Position numbers and translations under genes: made by a program
Notes under the pieces: model-generated
Seen by the model: the letters and a program-made list of their open reading frames with translations, nothing else
Databases searched by the model: none
Told to the model about the DNA's origin: nothing
Shown here: piece after piece, positions 13,729 through 26,190 of the stretch
Layout of the letters: the number at the start of each line of letters is the position of its first letter
Position numbering within the stretch: the stretch's first letter is position 1
Assembly: GCA_051313645.2 (NCBI GenBank)
Contig: JBNRSN020000008.1
Span: 105,028,001-105,092,000 of the forward strand
Length of the DNA: 64,000 bases
Direction of reading: 5' to 3'
Origin: Centroscyllium fabricii
Taxonomy: Eukaryota

Positions 13729-14772
13729 TGTGTGTGTATATATATATATATTCTCCTTGCCTTCACTATCTTTCCACTTCTTTGGTGGGCCTCTGCTGCA
13801 ACTCCCATTCCTTGGCCAAGAAAGCTGAATATAATCAGCTTTTATGTAATAACTTAATATAATTGATTACCAAATAAGTGCTTATTGGTTAAATCCAAAA
13901 TTAAACTTTTTTGCTAGATTTCTCCTTTCTGATCTCTTCCAACAATAGCTACCATTGTTAGGTGAGAGACAGCTAGGTATTAAGTGAGACCTATTACTGT
14001 AAACCGTTAAGCAGCACACCGGTGCTGAAATGGTATGCATAGTGAACAGTTTAATGCACAAACATTTCCTGAACAAAACCCACCAATTTAGCAGTGTTTT
14101 TACATATTTGAAAATTATCCAGATTGAGATGATTTGCTGCAGAATTTTAGAGCCCTGGTGAAGTTTTACTGCTGATATTTGTGTAGGAATTTTGGATTGA
14201 CGCAAAATGAAGTGGTACAGCTGCAGCATGCTTGTGTGAACATGGACGTCCAGCCAGCACCTCCTGTGATGCTGCTCCAGGCATAATCTTGTGGGGATTG
14301 ACGGCCCAACCCTTTGAAACCAGAGAAGCTAGACAGTGACAGGAACTGGGCCACCTTCATCAAGTCTATTTTGTGTTGCTTTTGGCTAGCAAGAGATTGC
14401 TTTTCTTTACAGCCTGTAAAACAGGGCTGCAATATTTCATCACTGTGTCGAACACTAACTTTGCCATTGATGAGATGTTTTAAAAATCATTTGGGGTAGA
14501 ACCAGTTTCAGAAATTCCAGTGGGGAGTGAGAAAATTAGTGCTTCATCAATCTACCCCCTGTGTAATGATGTCACTTTTGGAGTTGGTACCAGCAACATC
14601 AGGTGGAAATTTTGCCAGATCTGCCCAGCAGCAAGTACACCTGCACAAAACAGGATCTGACATTCCTGGGCCGTAAGTGGGCTCCACAATGCCATATCCA
14701 AATAACAATCACTATTGCCAGTGAAAGAGTAAGGATCCAATGAAATGGAACCATTTCAAGACACCCCCACCT

Positions 14773-15132
14773 GGCGGCACTGTTGCCTAACAGCACTAGA
14801 GACCCGGGTTCAAATCCAGCCTCGGGTGACTATCTATGTGGAGTTTGCACGTTCTCCCCGTGTCTGCATGGGTTTCCTCCGGGTGTTCCGGTTTCCTCCC
14901 ACAGTCCAAAGATGTGTGGGTGAGGTTAATTGGCCAGGATAAATTGACCCTATGTGGGGTTACGGGGATAGGGTGGGATGTGTGTCGGTGCAGGCTCGAG
15001 AGGGATATGGGGACAAGGCAGGGACGGGGTACTGGGTTTGGATGATCAGCCGTGATCTCATTGAATGGCCGAGCAGGCTCGAAGGGCCAAATGGCCTACT
15101 CCTGCTCCTATCTTCTATGTTTCTATGTCTAT
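14773..15132 (+). mobile_element. tRNA-derived SINE (HE1/V-SINE-like) with CR1 tail
   Basis: B-box GGGTTCAAATCC, GTGGAGTTTGCACGTTCTCCCCGTGTCTGC core, GGCCTACTCCTGCTCCTAT and (TTCTATG)n tail. Confidence 0.85.
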
Positions 15133-15789
15133 GACAGAATGTAAGGTGCCATGGTGGGACAGGTACCCCAGTAGCATCATTAAATAACCCCCATCCTCAG
15201 GATTTGGGACATGAGGACAGGCAGGTGGATGAAGTCCTGACCCATTGGACTTCTGGCAGTGGAGCAGGACTTTCAGAATTTCTACAGTTCCTTTGGTGCT
15301 TCCACAGAGTTCTTCTGGTACTTTTGTGCCTCGGTGTAGATCTGATGTGATCAGCAAACACTGGAGCTTAAGGTCTTTGACCCTTGTATGCTCCATCTTC
15401 CTTGGTGGGGGTGGGGGTGGGTGGGGGGGGTCGTTGAAGCACGATGCATCTGGAAATCTTTTGGGAGCTACTCCCCCAACTGCCTGCCAATTCCCCTCTC
15501 CACTTCCTCGACTTCTGTCAGAGAGAAGACAGCTGCCCTGGAAAGCTGCCCAGGATGGGGACGCACCCTTGCAGCAGGGGGGAGATCTCGCCATGCTGCA
15601 TGCCATGGGAAGATCCAGAGATCTGAAATTCATCTCTTCCATTGTCTACTAGACAAAGTCTATTCCAACCCTGTACTTACATCATATACACCTTGCAATT
15701 TCTCTCCCCAATTGCGTAACCCAGTGGTCCCCAACCTTTTTGCTTTCGCGGCCCGTTTTGGCCTTGTCACTTTACAGGTGGGTAAGGAG

Positions 15790-17500
15790 GAAACATAAAT
15801 GGAATAAAGGTGTGAAAGCTGAGCTGTGGTGGGAGAGTTAGAGGATCAAAAGCTTGGTCAAAAAGATTTGAGAAGGCTTTCAAAAGATTGAGAGAAATGT
15901 GGAGGGGGAATTTCAGAGCGTCAGTTAAGAAGGGGTGGGGGAAATGGACAAAAGGCCAGAGTCAGAGGGCCAAAAGGTGATGTAAAGGTGGAGGAGATTG
16001 AAGAGACAGGGAGGGGTGAGCTCTTGAAGGGGTTTGAGGATCAGGCTTTTAAATTTACTATACTGGAGAACAAGAAGGGAATTAAGAGCAGAGCGAATAG
16101 GAGTGATAGTTGACCAGGACTTAGTGCACCAGAGTTTTGAACAAGTTGATTTTCATGGAGGGTGCAGAATGAAAGACTAGTAAGGAGGGCACTTGGAAAA
16201 CCAAAAGCATAGCTGAGGGTTTCAGCTGCAGCACATGGTACGGTAGGAATTAAGGTGTCAAAATTGTGGAGGTGGATAGGATGTATGGCTTCAAACAGGG
16301 CGCCAAGGATTTTGCATGGTCTATTTCAGTCTGAGCAGCTTTTTATCGCCGAATGCCCCACAATCAACAGCCTGGGGGTCACCTTTGACCAGAAACTTAA
16401 CCGGACCAGCTACATAAATACTGTGGCTACAAGAGCAGGTCAGAGGCTGAGTATTCTGCAGCAAGTGACTCACCTCCTGACTCCCCAAACCTTTCCACCA
16501 TCTATAAAGGCACAAGTCAGGAGTGTGATGGAATATTCTCCACTTGCCTGGATGAGTGCAGCTCTAACATCATTCAGGAAGCTCGATACTATCCAGAACA
16601 AAGCAGCCCGCTTGATTGGCACCCCATCCACCACCTTAAACATTCACTCCCTCCACCACCGGCGTACTGTGGCTACAGTGTGTACCATTTACAAGATACA
16701 CTACAGCAACTCACCAAGGCTTCCTCGGCAGCACCTCCCAAACCCACAACCTCTACCACCTAGAAGAACACGGGCAGCAGGTTCCCTTCCAAGTTACACA
16801 CCATCCTGACTTAGAAATATATTGTTGTTCCCGCATCGTCGCTGAGTCAAAATCCTGGAACTCCCTAACAGCACTATGGGAGTATCTTCACTACATGGAC
16901 TTCAGCAGTTCAAGAAGGTGGCTCACCACCAGTTTCTCAAGGGTAATTGGGGATGGGTAATAAATGCTGGCCTTGCCAGCAATGCCCACATCCCATGAAT
17001 GAATAGAAAAAAGATGGCTGTGGAGTGTGATGATATCGTTATCAGGGAAATGGAGTTTATGGCAGAGGCTAAAAATGATGGCTTCAGTCTTCCCTAATGG
17101 TTGGAAGAAATTTTGATTCATCCACAACTTGATATCACATAGGCAGTCTGAACAACATTGTGGTGCTCATGGGGTCAGTCAAGTTGAGCTGGGTGTCACT
17201 ACCATACATTTGAAAGCTGAGTATGTGCATGCAGATGATGCCATTGAGGGGTAGCATGTTGAAGAGCAAGAAACAAGGGCCAAGGATAGATCCTTGGGAG
17301 ACTCCAGAGGTGATGGTGTTAGGACAACCAACAAAGCTACTGCTGGAGGTGAGGCTGGTTGTGTTGGACAGGCAAGAATGAAGTCACAAAGGCAGTCCCA
17401 CAACGCTGGATAACAGGAGAAGGGAAGGTTGACCTTGAATTCTATGGCGAGGCAGAGGACAAGAAAGGATAACACACTAGTCACAGAGGATATCATTCTT
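15790..17500 (-). mobile_element. Degenerate L2-clade LINE interrupted by CR1 16340-17010
   Basis: Purine-rich + strand; - strand peptides such as WMNQNFFQ..GKTEAIIF and GVPQGS-like (SPKDLSL) remnants. Confidence 0.6.
16340..17012 (+). mobile_element. CR1-clade LINE 3' fragment (same family as 1-1958, older)
   Basis: ORF 16255-16809 LGVTFDQKL..YINTVATRAGQRL..KAQVRSVMEYSPLAW; same 3' tail. Confidence 0.88.
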
Positions 17501-18369
17501 CACTCGAGTGTCCATTGATCCCTTTAGGACTTAACCCAATGCCTTCCCCAATCTGACAGTACTCTTCCCTCTCCTATCTGTTAACCTACTTCTTATGCAG
17601 ACCCATATTCTACCCTGGAGTCCCATGCATTTCATGGCTGGTTAACTAGTTTTTCATGTGTTTTCTGAAAGACTAAATTAACTATATTATATAGAGTTCC
17701 AGGATATACTTTATTTGTAACATCCTCAAACAATTGAATATCAACCCAATTAGGTTTCAGTATCAAGAATAATTAAGTTAATCAATGCTCCATTTTTCTA
17801 ATTAAACTTACCAACCATGGAAACAAATCTTTACAAGTAGCTCTGGCTGAGAAGCAGTATATGATGAGACAAGCCTTTCACAGTTTTAAAGAGTACAAAT
17901 TGGAGATGATTCACGCATGTTTTGTATATCATTGAACACTTCTTTCAATTTCCAATTCAAATTGCCCAAGAGCTAACTAATCACAAAAAGCAAATCTGTG
18001 TTTCCACAGCACCATACAGGTGATCAAGGCTTGTCTGAATAATGTTCTAATGGGATTCTCCTGTTTGTCTGCTGTAACTTCAGTGGAAGACCCGCAGAAA
18101 CCCTTAAAAAAATGGTGTTGCCCCATTTTTCTGGGATTTCCGTCAAAGTTAAGGGAGACGAGCGGGAGAACCATCACGGAAAGTGACCCCTAAAATGGCT
18201 GCAGTCCACTAACATTACTCGAGACTATTTGAAAAAAAATCTCGTTCTTATAGAATTAGCTTTCTCCAGTAAATACAAATTGATAAAGCATGCATTTACT
18301 GCTTTATCGTGTGCATATTTTACACGTGTCTGCCATAGTATAGCTGTAGCAAGAAAAAGCAATGCTTGC

Positions 18370-18463
18370 CAGCTCTGTGCGTCCTCCACCACCGCTGTGC
18401 AAGAAACATTCCTTACCCTCGAGGGACAATTTGGAAATTTAGTGATATTATTCTTCTTTAGAG
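18370..18463 (-). CDS. FMNL2: FMNL2 alternative C-terminal exon (ALKKNNITKFPNCPSRVRNVSCTAVVEDAQS); 3' boundary inferred
   Basis: TTTAG acceptor with pyrimidine tract, phase 1; peptide resembles the ALKKNNITKFPN..SRVR..VVED.QS FMNL2 splice variant; putative GC donor TG|GCAAGC. Confidence 0.7.
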
Positions 18464-19533
18464 CTAAACAGAAAAAACACAAAGGAAGGTTACATTTTAA
18501 AAAGAGGGAAAAGGGGAATAAATAACTCTCATTCTAGTGTTCCAGATTTCCAGTGCAGGTTAGCCATTGCAGCAGAGTTGCCACCAAAGGAGAGGTTAGA
18601 ACGCTTTGTCAGCTGTTGCAGATACAGCAGAAGCAGAGTAGAGAAGGCAGAGTCCACGTTCACAATTCAGTTCATTGAAACAAATTCACAAGCTGCTTTG
18701 AAGATTGACTTCAACAAGACAGGACATAACATAGCCCTATGCAATAGAGTTAAACACAGATCATCATAATTTCCAATGGTAAAAAGTAACATATATCTCA
18801 ACAGAGTTTCATTAAATGATTATAGAGTGTTGGTAAATCAGTAAAATTGGTCTTTTAATGACATATCAGTTAGAATAGGGTATAAACGGAGATCCACATG
18901 CTGGGTTAGATGAAATGCTTTAGTGATCAGAAGAATGTATAGCTTTGATACTTGACCTGAAGTCATTCAATGCAAGCATTTTTGGTTGAATTCATTCATT
19001 GTGCAAATGCTCATAAACATACAAGCCAGAGAACTACAGCAAACACTGATTAGGTCATGCACATATTAAAAGTGACTCAGAGTCAGAACAGCCTCGCAAG
19101 CAAGCAAAAATGCCTGAAAATACAAACATTTTCCAATTCATGCATTAGTTTGACTGCAAAACCAAAGAAATAATACTTTCATGCAGGGCAATTACACCAT
19201 TTCTATTTACAGCACCAAACATTTCATTAACATAATCAGGTGGGTTACAGTAAGAATAGCACAAGCATGGCGTAGTAATGAAGTAATGTACAAGAACAGC
19301 CAATATAAATACCATACCAATGCATTTCAAACAGCCAAAATGCACAATAAAGTCCTCAGTGACTTTAAAACATGCAACTGTAATGGAAAATGAGCAAAAA
19401 CAATTCCCAAAATGTAACACACTTTCTCATTCTTTTCAAGGTATCACATTTCACATGGCCAGAAAAAAAGGAGTAGGCATTTTATTTAAAAAAAGGCAAC
19501 CTTTAAAAGCTTCAGTTGTTAAAATGTAATATT

Positions 19534-19625
19534 TTAGTAATGGGAATCTTCAGAGTGAGTTGATTCACAGAAGAACCGAGAGCCACGTTTGGCTGTTCGG
19601 GCTGTAAAGGGCACGGTCTTCAGCA
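19534..19625 (-). CDS. FMNL2: FMNL2 alternative terminal exon ([30 protein letters not shown])
   Basis: CAG acceptor, phase 1, TAA stop; matches FMNL2/3 isoform motif [20 protein letters not shown]. Confidence 0.9.
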
Positions 19626-19991
19626 CTGCATGGAAGATAACAGCCAAACAAGACAAAGAGGAAACAGTAAGAAGCAAACAAACTAGTGTACTAGTATATG
19701 GTTAGTCAATAATTAAGTTAAGGCACAGGTACTTTAGACATTTAAAAAAAATTAGATTGTTGTTAAAAAGCATTACGCGAAACATCAATTGCTGGAGTCC
19801 GTAAACAATCTTTCACATTGACAAGCTATGTATTAGCACTCATTTAAAAGATTTAATCATAAAGCATACATTACACTATTACATCATGCATTTATTAAAA
19901 TGAGCTGTTAAAGAACTTGCAACAACAAAACACTCGTGTTAGTGTGAGATATTAATTACAATGAGGAATACAATGAATGTTAAACACGTTT

Positions 19992-20141
19992 GGGGTAACT
20001 TTAACTTTTGGCGATGGTGTAAAACAGGCAATAGCAGATAGCCCGATTTCCCTCTCAATTGACTTCAAAAATCGGTCAGGGTATATGGGCAGCCTCTCCA
20101 ATATCACCTGTTTACACTATTGGCAAAAGTTAAAATAGCCC
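19992..20141. mobile_element. Short old MITE
   Basis: Imperfect terminal inverted repeats GGGGTAACTTTAACTTTTGGCGATGGTGTAAAACAGG / CCTGTTTACACTATTGGCAAAAGTTAAAATAGCCC. Confidence 0.6.
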
Positions 20142-20196
20142 ATTGCATTTAACTGCAAACTGAAATGAAGATCTAAAGTACCAAGTTCTTTTTAGT

Positions 20197-20296
20197 GTAT
20201 GTGGAATGGTTTAATTTTTAGTGTACATTCCCCTGGTATGTGGAATGGTTTAATTTTTAGTGTACATTCCCCTGGTATGTGGAATGGTTTAATTTT
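20197..20296. repeat. 39-bp tandem repeat, about 2.5 copies
   Basis: GTATGTGGAATGGTTTAATTTTTAGTGTACATTCCCCTG repeated exactly. Confidence 0.9.
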
Positions 20297-21234
20297 TCAT
20301 GGGGGATGTAAGGTGAAGCGTATTACCTCACTGATACTTACAAAACTGCTCCAATTTACAAGCATTGTGCCAAATTTCACACACACTGTTAAAGGATGTG
20401 ATTGGACTTGATGGGTGTATTTTCTGTAAAACCAATTCTGAATGCAACCAACAATTAGGGATAGGAGATAGGAGAGAAGCAAACAGAGATCAAAAGCCCT
20501 TGTACTTTAGTTATTCACCTTCATTAGGAGATTAAGTGCATGCTTGAAAATAAGTGATAACTTGAGTGGTTTTCAAGTTGAATCTTCACTCCTTTGAATC
20601 CCTGATCTGACTATCACAGTCAGGAGCTACAGGAATGCAACAATCATTGAAAAGAGTTGCCCCTGGGCTTCTCTCCACTCATCTCCTGGCTGTCAGCATC
20701 GAGTAGCATTGATGGAGGCCTGGCACCAGGTCAGCTACCTCCTCCTCCAGCTGCTGTGTTCCAGGTCTGTGTGCTCAAATCTATCAGATACAAGTGTAAG
20801 GAGTCTCATCCATCCATCCTGATGTGGGCACAAGATGAAACACCTCTTGAACTTCTAAAATCATTTCCTCAAACAAATTTTACTCTATCCCCCAGCAAGA
20901 ACACCTCCTGCAGGCTAGACAAAGTGTGGCACTGGCAGGTCATGGGGTTGTCAATGGCCTGGAGCATCCTGCCCTCCTGGGTGAAATAGGATAGACAAGT
21001 AGCCATGTGGACAGAAGGGGGAAAAGAGCATGGAAGATAATAATGTCATTCACTACAATGGTTTCCTGAAGTCCAGATATTAGATATACCTAAAGCTAGA
21101 AAAATTGTACTTCTGTTTATTCTTACTGTGTCTGGGCTTGTATTTGCTTGCATGGGAGCACTGGGGTAGGAGGAGGATCAGAAGTTTCAGTGAAGCTTAC
21201 TCTCACCTTCCATGGCCAATATGCCTCTCCTTAC

Positions 21235-21358
21235 CTGTAATGATATCCTCAATGGCACCATCTTTTCCTTCATAGACCTGTCTGTGTTCTCTGACTTGTT
21301 TCCTCCTCAGCTCTGCAATTAACTCCTGCTGTTGTCTCTTGGTTTTATGAGATGGGGA
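21235..21358 (-). CDS. FMNL2: FMNL2 exon, DAD region ([41 protein letters not shown])
   Basis: TTTTAG acceptor, GTAAGG donor, 124 nt; [11 protein letters not shown] motif. Confidence 0.96.
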
Positions 21359-21689
21359 CTAAAATGTAATAAAACAGAAGGTTAATATTCAATATTTGCA
21401 GAAAAATATTGGTTTAAAGTCTTCAATATCTTTCAAATTTTGGTCATATTTTAATGCCATTAAAACACACAGATCTAAGTTTAGAACCAGTCTTTGATAC
21501 AATCTGCTTAGAAGATGACAACATATTAGGATCACAGGGCTATGGAGAAAGAGCGGGGTAATGGGACTAATTGCTAGCTCTTTCAGAGAGCTGGCACAGG
21601 CACGATGGACTTCCTTCTGTGCTCTATTATTCTATGACAATGTAGAGAGTAGAAATATTTCATCATAGCTAGTATATAGTGCAGTCACA

Positions 21690-22600
21690 GTGCGTAGGTG
21701 GAGAAGGGATAGACATTGAGTCCAGGGGCACCAATCAAGTGAACTGCTCTGTCTTAGATGGTGCCAAGTTTCTTGAATGTTGCTGCAGCTGCACCCATTC
21801 AGGCAAATTGCAAGTATTCCATCACACTCTTGACTTGAGTCTTGGTGGGGAAGTGTGGGGGCATGCGGGGGGGGGGGGGGGGGGGGGCTGGCTGTGGGGG
21901 CTAGTGTCAGGAAATGAGCCACTTGTCACAAAGTGCCCAGCCTCTGCCCTGCTCTTGTACCCACAGTGTTGATTAGGCTGGTCCAGTTGAACATCTGACA
22001 ATGGTGATCCCCACTATGCAGATGGTGGGTTATCTGGAGATGATGGTCCACTGAAGGTCAAGGAAAGGCAGTTGGGTTTCTTGTGTTCAAGATGGTCATT
22101 ACCTGGCACTTATATGGCATGAATGTTACCTGCCATTTGTCAGCCCAAGCCTGAATGTTGTCCAAGTCCTGCTGTAAGCTGGCATAGGCTGCTTCATCAT
22201 TGAACATACATACGAATTAGGAGCAGGAGTAGACCACTTGGCCCTTTGAGCCTGCTCCACCATTCAAGAAGATCATGGCTGATCTGATTACTCCACATTC
22301 CCGCCTACCCCCGATAACTTTTCACCCCCTTGCTTTCCAAGGAGTTGTGAATGGATCTGAACACTGGAATTGCCAATTAAAACCTCATTCCTAACACTGG
22401 GGCAGAGGGAAGGTAATTGATGAAGCAATTGAAGGCGGCTGAACCAATGACACTTCCCTGAAGAACTCATGAAGTGATGTCGTGCGGCTGCAATGATTGA
22501 CCTCGGACAATCATAACTATCTTCTTTTGTGCCAGATATAGCTCCAACCACTGGAGGATCTCCCCTTTGACCCTTCCATTGATAATTTTGCTAGGGATCC
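21690..22600 (-). mobile_element. Degenerate CR1 fragment with nested SINE tail (about 22205-22340)
   Basis: Reverse complement resembles 900-1600; nested AGGAGCAGGAGTAGACCAC..GAGCCTGCTCCACCATTCAA tail. Confidence 0.65.
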
Positions 22601-22643
22601 TTGAGTGGCCTTTAGTATTTTAGGTTATTTGGTTAAACACTAA

Positions 22644-23758
22644 GGCGTCAATTTTCCTCAAGGCGTCAATTTTCCTCAAGGTGTGGGGAATTAGTGGGTT
22701 TGCCGCGGGTCATGTTTTCTAAAGGGTCTGGGAGATCCACACAATTTTAGCTTAATTGGCCAATTATATCCCCGCATGTGGGAACCCTTGCCACTGAACT
22801 GTTTCCAGACAGAAAGCTGGCGGGGTTTCGGCGGTTTAAAGAGCAGAGGCCATTAGCCTAGTGAAACCACAGAGATTGAGTGACAGCTGCTGTTAGTTTC
22901 AATTAATTGTGAAAGAACTCTGTGACATCACAAAGCATAGTGAAACCACAGAGATTGAGTGACAGTTGTAGTTTTTTTCAATGGCTGCCTGCTCCAGCAG
23001 ACCCATTCCATTGAGAGCTAGTGAAGAGCTATCTGTCAAACCAGCTACATGGTGAGTTTCTGAAAGCTTTTTTCCCCACTGATCTTGTGCACCCTAGGGA
23101 TACAGTTAGTCCTCATACAGGCTGGAGCCCAGGGACGGCTTCTGCTGCAACTGCTTGAATGGGGCGGCACGGTGGTTAGCACTGTTGCCTCACAGCACTA
23201 GAGACCCGGGTTCAAATCCAGCCTCGGGTACTATCTGTGTGGAGTTTGCACAATCTCCCCGTGTCTGCGTGGGTTTCCTCCCACAGTCCAAAGATGTGCG
23301 GGTTAGGTTGATTGGCCAGGATAAATTGACCCTTAGTGTTAGGGGGATTTAATATGTGGGGTTATGGGGATAGGGTGGGATATGTGTCGGTGCAGACTCG
23401 ATGGGCCGAAATGGCCTCTATCTGCACTGTAGGGATTCTATGATAGCCAGCAAGCCACTAGTGTCCCCACCAGGTTTCAATGCCGTGGTTCTCACCAGGC
23501 GTGTTTAACATGGGAAAAGGCTCAAATTAGCAAGGGGCCCTTAAAATGGCATTATACATGCCAATTAAGGGTCATCAATGAGCCTAATGACCATCCCCGC
23601 CGGTGGTGGGCGGGACTGAAACGGGTCGATCGGACCCACCGGGCTGAAATTCACAAGCTGGCGGGAAACCGGTGGGAGGGGTCACGACCTCCGTTTCCAT
23701 GATTTTGCCTCCCCAGCCGCCGAAACAGCCGCCTGTCGGCTCAATGAAAATTGACCCC
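22644..23758. mobile_element. PIF/Harbinger-type non-autonomous element with nested SINE
   Basis: GGCGTCAATTTTC...GAAAATTGACCCC termini, TAA 3-bp TSD; colinear with 55437-56415. Confidence 0.8.
23161..23442 (+). mobile_element. tRNA-derived SINE (HE1-like)
   Basis: GGGGCGGCACGGTGGTTAGCACTG head, GGGTTCAAATCC B-box, GATTCTAT tail; absent from the paralogous MITE at 56101-56110. Confidence 0.88.
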
Positions 23759-24001
23759 TAAATGAATTGTTGCTAACTTTTGATTAATAGATGAGTCAGT
23801 TTTCTTTATCAAATCACTACCACAAAGTCTAGGGGCAGGAGCAGTTCCAACTGATGCACTGCTCCAGTTTTTAGATTTTGTCAGCTAACTAACCTACATA
23901 AAAATGTGTGTGAATTTTACACCAGTATTACTAATGTACTAGATTTTCCAGTACTTAGCACTTTTGTTTTTAAATCACATCCTCAGCCAATATCACTGTA
24001 C

Positions 24002-24100
24002 CTTTTCATCCTGATGTTCCAACATGGCTTCCTGTTCAAGGATTTTATTCAAAAGTGCCTGCTCCTGCTTCTTCCGTAGCTCATTGTCCTGGTCTGCTTG
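24002..24100 (-). CDS. FMNL2: FMNL2 exon ([33 protein letters not shown])
   Basis: TAG acceptor, GTACAG donor, 99 nt phase 0. Confidence 0.92.
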
Positions 24101-24250
24101 CTATTGAAAAAGATACACAGCTTGACACTTTTTCCCCCTCTTCCTATTCTCCACTGTCACGTCTTAATCTCCAGCTAATAGGGTGAGTGAGTGGCAGTGA
24201 AGTTTACAGCCTCAAGCATTCCCTGGCTGCAGAGCAGTATTATTGAAATA

Positions 24251-24589
24251 CAGCTTGAGCACCGGTAATCCGGCACCCGATAGTCCGGCACCTTCAGTGT
24301 CCGGTATGAATGGAAACCGGCGGTCTTCAGTTTGCAGAGCAAATTAACCACCGTTTCCCGCAACGCGTGGGCGAGCGCCGAAGGTATCGGCCGTTTGGGT
24401 TACTGTTATTTTAGGTCTTCTAAGTGTTCTATCCCCGGGCTCCCTCCCGGGGAGTGTTCTACCCTCGCGCTCCGGGCCCCGGGTAGTGTTATACCCGTGC
24501 GCTCCCCCCGAACCTTCAGTGGTTCGGAATTTTCAATGGTCCGGCACCGGCCTGGTCCCGAGGTTGCCGGATTACCGGTGCTCAACCTG
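24251..24589. mobile_element. Tc1/mariner-like MITE
   Basis: TIRs CAGCTTGAGCACCGGTAATCCGGCA / TGCCGGATTACCGGTGCTCAACCTG with TA on both sides. Confidence 0.85.
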
Positions 24590-25203
24590 TAATTGAGCTG
24601 GAACTCATTGATTTCTTTGCCTCCTGTCAGCGGAGCCTCAGGTACAAATGCCAGTCCACAGTGATACCCAAGGCTCCAGTTCAAGTTGCACTGTTCCATT
24701 AGATAATTTCAAATTGAAAATAATTGGCCTCAGATCTGCTAGACTAATTATTCATTTGTATATAAATTCAAAGTTGAAAATCGTAAAGAATTACAAAGTA
24801 TGACATATTAAATCATACATGAAAAATTAAAAGCTATTCTTTTCTGCATTCAGAAGTTTCCTAAAATAGGGTAAATATAATGCTGCAGCTGTATCTCCAA
24901 CCCTTTGTGAGATGCTCTTTGCTAAAGTGCAAGGTCAATGAATTTATCCGACAAGTCTGTCAGAAACCTGCCGTCTCAGAATCTTTACCATCTATAATGA
25001 TGATAATCAGTACACAACTTTTATCAACTTCACTTTGTAAACTGGAAAAGTTTGAAGCAATAATGTAAGAAAACTGGCACAATACATTTAGAAGTATGTT
25101 AGTTGTAGTCAGTTAATATCAAACATGTCAATGACTCACACCTGCAGTTCATGTTAAATCTTATTGGATCTTTTGCAATAGTGGACACGTGAACAGCTCT
25201 TAC

Positions 25204-25305
25204 CCTGTATGACTTCACAAATCTCACAATTACAGGGAAGAAGACTGATGGAGGGGTTGTCTTTGTATTCTCTCCAAAGTGTTTAACCACCTCATCAAAG
25301 GCATC
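25204..25305 (-). CDS. FMNL2: FMNL2 FH2 exon ([34 protein letters not shown])
   Basis: CAG acceptor, GTAAGA donor, 102 nt. Confidence 0.96.
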
Positions 25306-25757
25306 CTGTGCATCACATAAAATTTGAAACATTAAGACTAAAATAGCAAAAATTCTGAAAATGTATGATAAACAAAGATAGAAGAAAAGCCATGTGACTC
25401 AAAATTAAAATAACTGAATACTAATGGTGACTTACTGATACAGGGTATACTCAACAATTTAATATCCCACGTTTTCTTTCCCATTTCCTTCTCCCAAGAA
25501 TCTTTACGATATGCAGACATGTAGTTATCGTTTATTGCAGAATTATCAACATTGTAAACTGAAAACTAATTTGTGTTCCAAATATTAAAATTTGACTAGT
25601 CTACTATTATTACATCTCCAGCCTAAATATGTTGTACAAATGCCATTATTAAGCTACAAGAGCTTTGTTTCCATACATTTATGTGATAAATCTCAAATAA
25701 TCTGAAACAAAGACAAGAGATTGCATCAAAACTTATATTTTGTCATGATCACATATA

Positions 25758-26190
25758 TGCTTGATTGGCACTCCATCCACTACCTTCAACATTCACTCCC
25801 TCCACCACCGGCGCACTGTGGCTGCAGTCTGTACCATCTACAAGATGCACTGCAGCAACTCGCCAAAGCTTCTTCAACAGCACCTTCTAAACCCGCGACC
25901 TCTACCACTTAGAAGGACAAGGGCAGCAGACGCATGGGAACAGCACCACCTACAAGTTCCCCTCCAAGCCACACACCATCCTGACTTGGACCTGTATCGC
26001 CGCTCCTTCACTGTCGCTGGGCCAAAATCCTGGAACTCCCTTCCTAACAACATTGTGGGTGTACCTACACCATATGGACTGCAGCGGTTCAAGAAGGCAG
26101 CTCACCATCATCTTCTCAAGGGCAATTAGGGATGGGCACTAAATGCAGGCCTAGCCAGCCAGCGACGCCCACATCCCATCAATGCCCACA
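25758..26190 (+). mobile_element. 5'-truncated CR1, nearly identical to 1520-1945
   Basis: Direct sequence match including the AAATGCAGGCCTAGCCAGCCAGCG tail variant. Confidence 0.9.

Noticed and set aside
15115-15798. Overlapping 135-175 aa ORFs
   Set aside because: No splice context or recognisable domain; likely decayed repeat sequence
23161-23230. tRNA gene
   Set aside because: Only A/B-box-like SINE head; continues into SINE core and no cloverleaf
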